The notes under the pieces: model-generated
Seen by the model: the letters and a program-made list of their open reading frames with translations, nothing else
Databases searched by the model: none
What the model was told of the DNA's origin: nothing
Translations under genes and position numbers: made by a program
NCBI GenBank assembly: GCA_018304385.1
Contig: JAGVWJ010000035.1
Coordinates: 1 to 17,205 of the forward strand
DNA from: Candidatus Micrarchaeota archaeon
GTDB lineage: Archaea > Micrarchaeota > Micrarchaeia > Anstonellales > Bilamarchaeaceae
Direction: 5' to 3'
DNA length: 17,205 bases
Shown: piece after piece, positions 15,376 to 17,205 of the stretch
How the letters are laid out: each line of letters opens with the position of its first letter
Position numbering within the stretch: the stretch's first letter is position 1

Positions 15376-15825
15376 CTATTTTTTCTTAACAAGTTCTAAT
15401 AAATTAGAAGCGCCAACATCATAAACAGAAAGCAAACTTACAGAGAATGGCTTTCCGCATATAGAACCAAGCTCCATATTGTTTCCGTCAAATTCAATAA
15501 TAGGAGTTTCTGAAGACTTTGAGTATTTGAGTATATCATCCTTTACATCACTTGGAATATTGCTCGCAAGAACAAAAAGTTTTACTTTCCCTAAAACAGA
15601 ATTTTTCAATCCCTTTCTAGAACCGAAATCTACCTTTCCACTTTCAACAGCTAATCTTATTGCACTAGAAAGCGGATGCTCTTTGTCCTTTTTAGATTTT
15701 TTTCTTCTTATTACCCGCTTTTTTGGTTTATAATCATCTTCGTTTTCTTGTTCGGTTGACTCTTCAACTTTTTCTTCGCTAGCTTCTTCAGTATCTTTTG
15801 TTTCTTCTTTCTCTTCTTCAGTCAT
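15376..15825 (-). CDS. rpl30e: 50S ribosomal protein eL30 with a ~50-aa charged N-terminal extension (start refined to 15825)
   Basis: AVESGKV.FG, ELGSICGKPF and DVG.SNLL motifs; SD GGTGA at 15831-15835. Confidence 0.93.
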   Translation of the reverse strand: MTEEEKEETKDTEEASEEKVEESTEQENEDDYKPKKRVIRRKKSKKDKEHPLSSAIRLAVESGKVDFGSRKGLKNSVLGKVKLFVLASNIPSDVKDDILKYSKSSETPIIEFDGNNMELGSICGKPFSVSLLSVYDVGASNLLELVKKK

Positions 15826-15845
15826 TATAATCACCAAGCTCAATT

Positions 15846-16947
<1,102 letters not shown>

Positions 16948-16950
<3 letters not shown>

Positions 16951-17205
16951 CGCCGTATCCACATCATCCTGCTTTGTAGTATCAGCTGCTTCTACCTTGC
17001 TAGCGAGCATTGGATCCTTGCCATCACCGCCATAAATAAACTGCACAATACTCATATCTGCATTACGAACAGTAAAATCATCATAAACAATCAAATCCTG
17101 CAATGCGTTAATCAATCTGCGCTGCATGTAACCGCTTCGAGCAGTTCTAATAGCAGTATTAACAAGCGCTTCTCTACCACCCATTGCATGATGAATAAAC
17201 TCATA
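16948..17205 (-). CDS. rpoA1: DNA-directed RNA polymerase subunit A' (Rpo1N), C-terminal part, truncated by the window edge
   Basis: Open from the edge: YEFIHHAMGGREALVNTAIRTARSGYMQRRLINALQDL...YGGDG.DP (bridge-helix region). Confidence 0.97.

Overview
An AT-rich archaeal 'housekeeping' superoperon with every recognisable gene on the minus strand. In transcription order (right to left): 3' end of rpoA' (Rpo1N), rpoA'' (Rpo1C), rpl30e, nusA, then the S10/spc cluster rpl3-rpl4-rpl23-[unknown 146-aa ORF + possible 27-aa ORF]-rpl2-rps19-rpl22-rps3-rpl29-sui1(aIF1)-rnp1(Rpp29)-rps17-rpl14-rpl24-rps4e-rpl5-rps14-rps8-rpl6-rpl32e-rpl19e-rpl18-rps5-rpl30-rpl15-secY-adk. The split RNAP A subunit, eL/eS proteins and GGTGA-type SD motifs show it is archaeal. 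A DPANN (Micrarchaeota-like) origin is only my inference from the shortened, divergent proteins. The unexplained signal is a dispersed family of degenerate 7-nt-period repeat arrays (plus-strand units mostly GCYNNNN, about 60 units in about 12 arrays). They abut stop codons or ribosome-binding sites, in three places form head-to-head fold-back structures, precede the orphan gene inserted between rpl23 and rpl2, and lie in frame within uL3 and uL24. Other points of interest: aIF1 starts at TTG behind an out-of-frame upstream AUG, uL22 and eL30 carry low-complexity extensions, and several spacers are structured.
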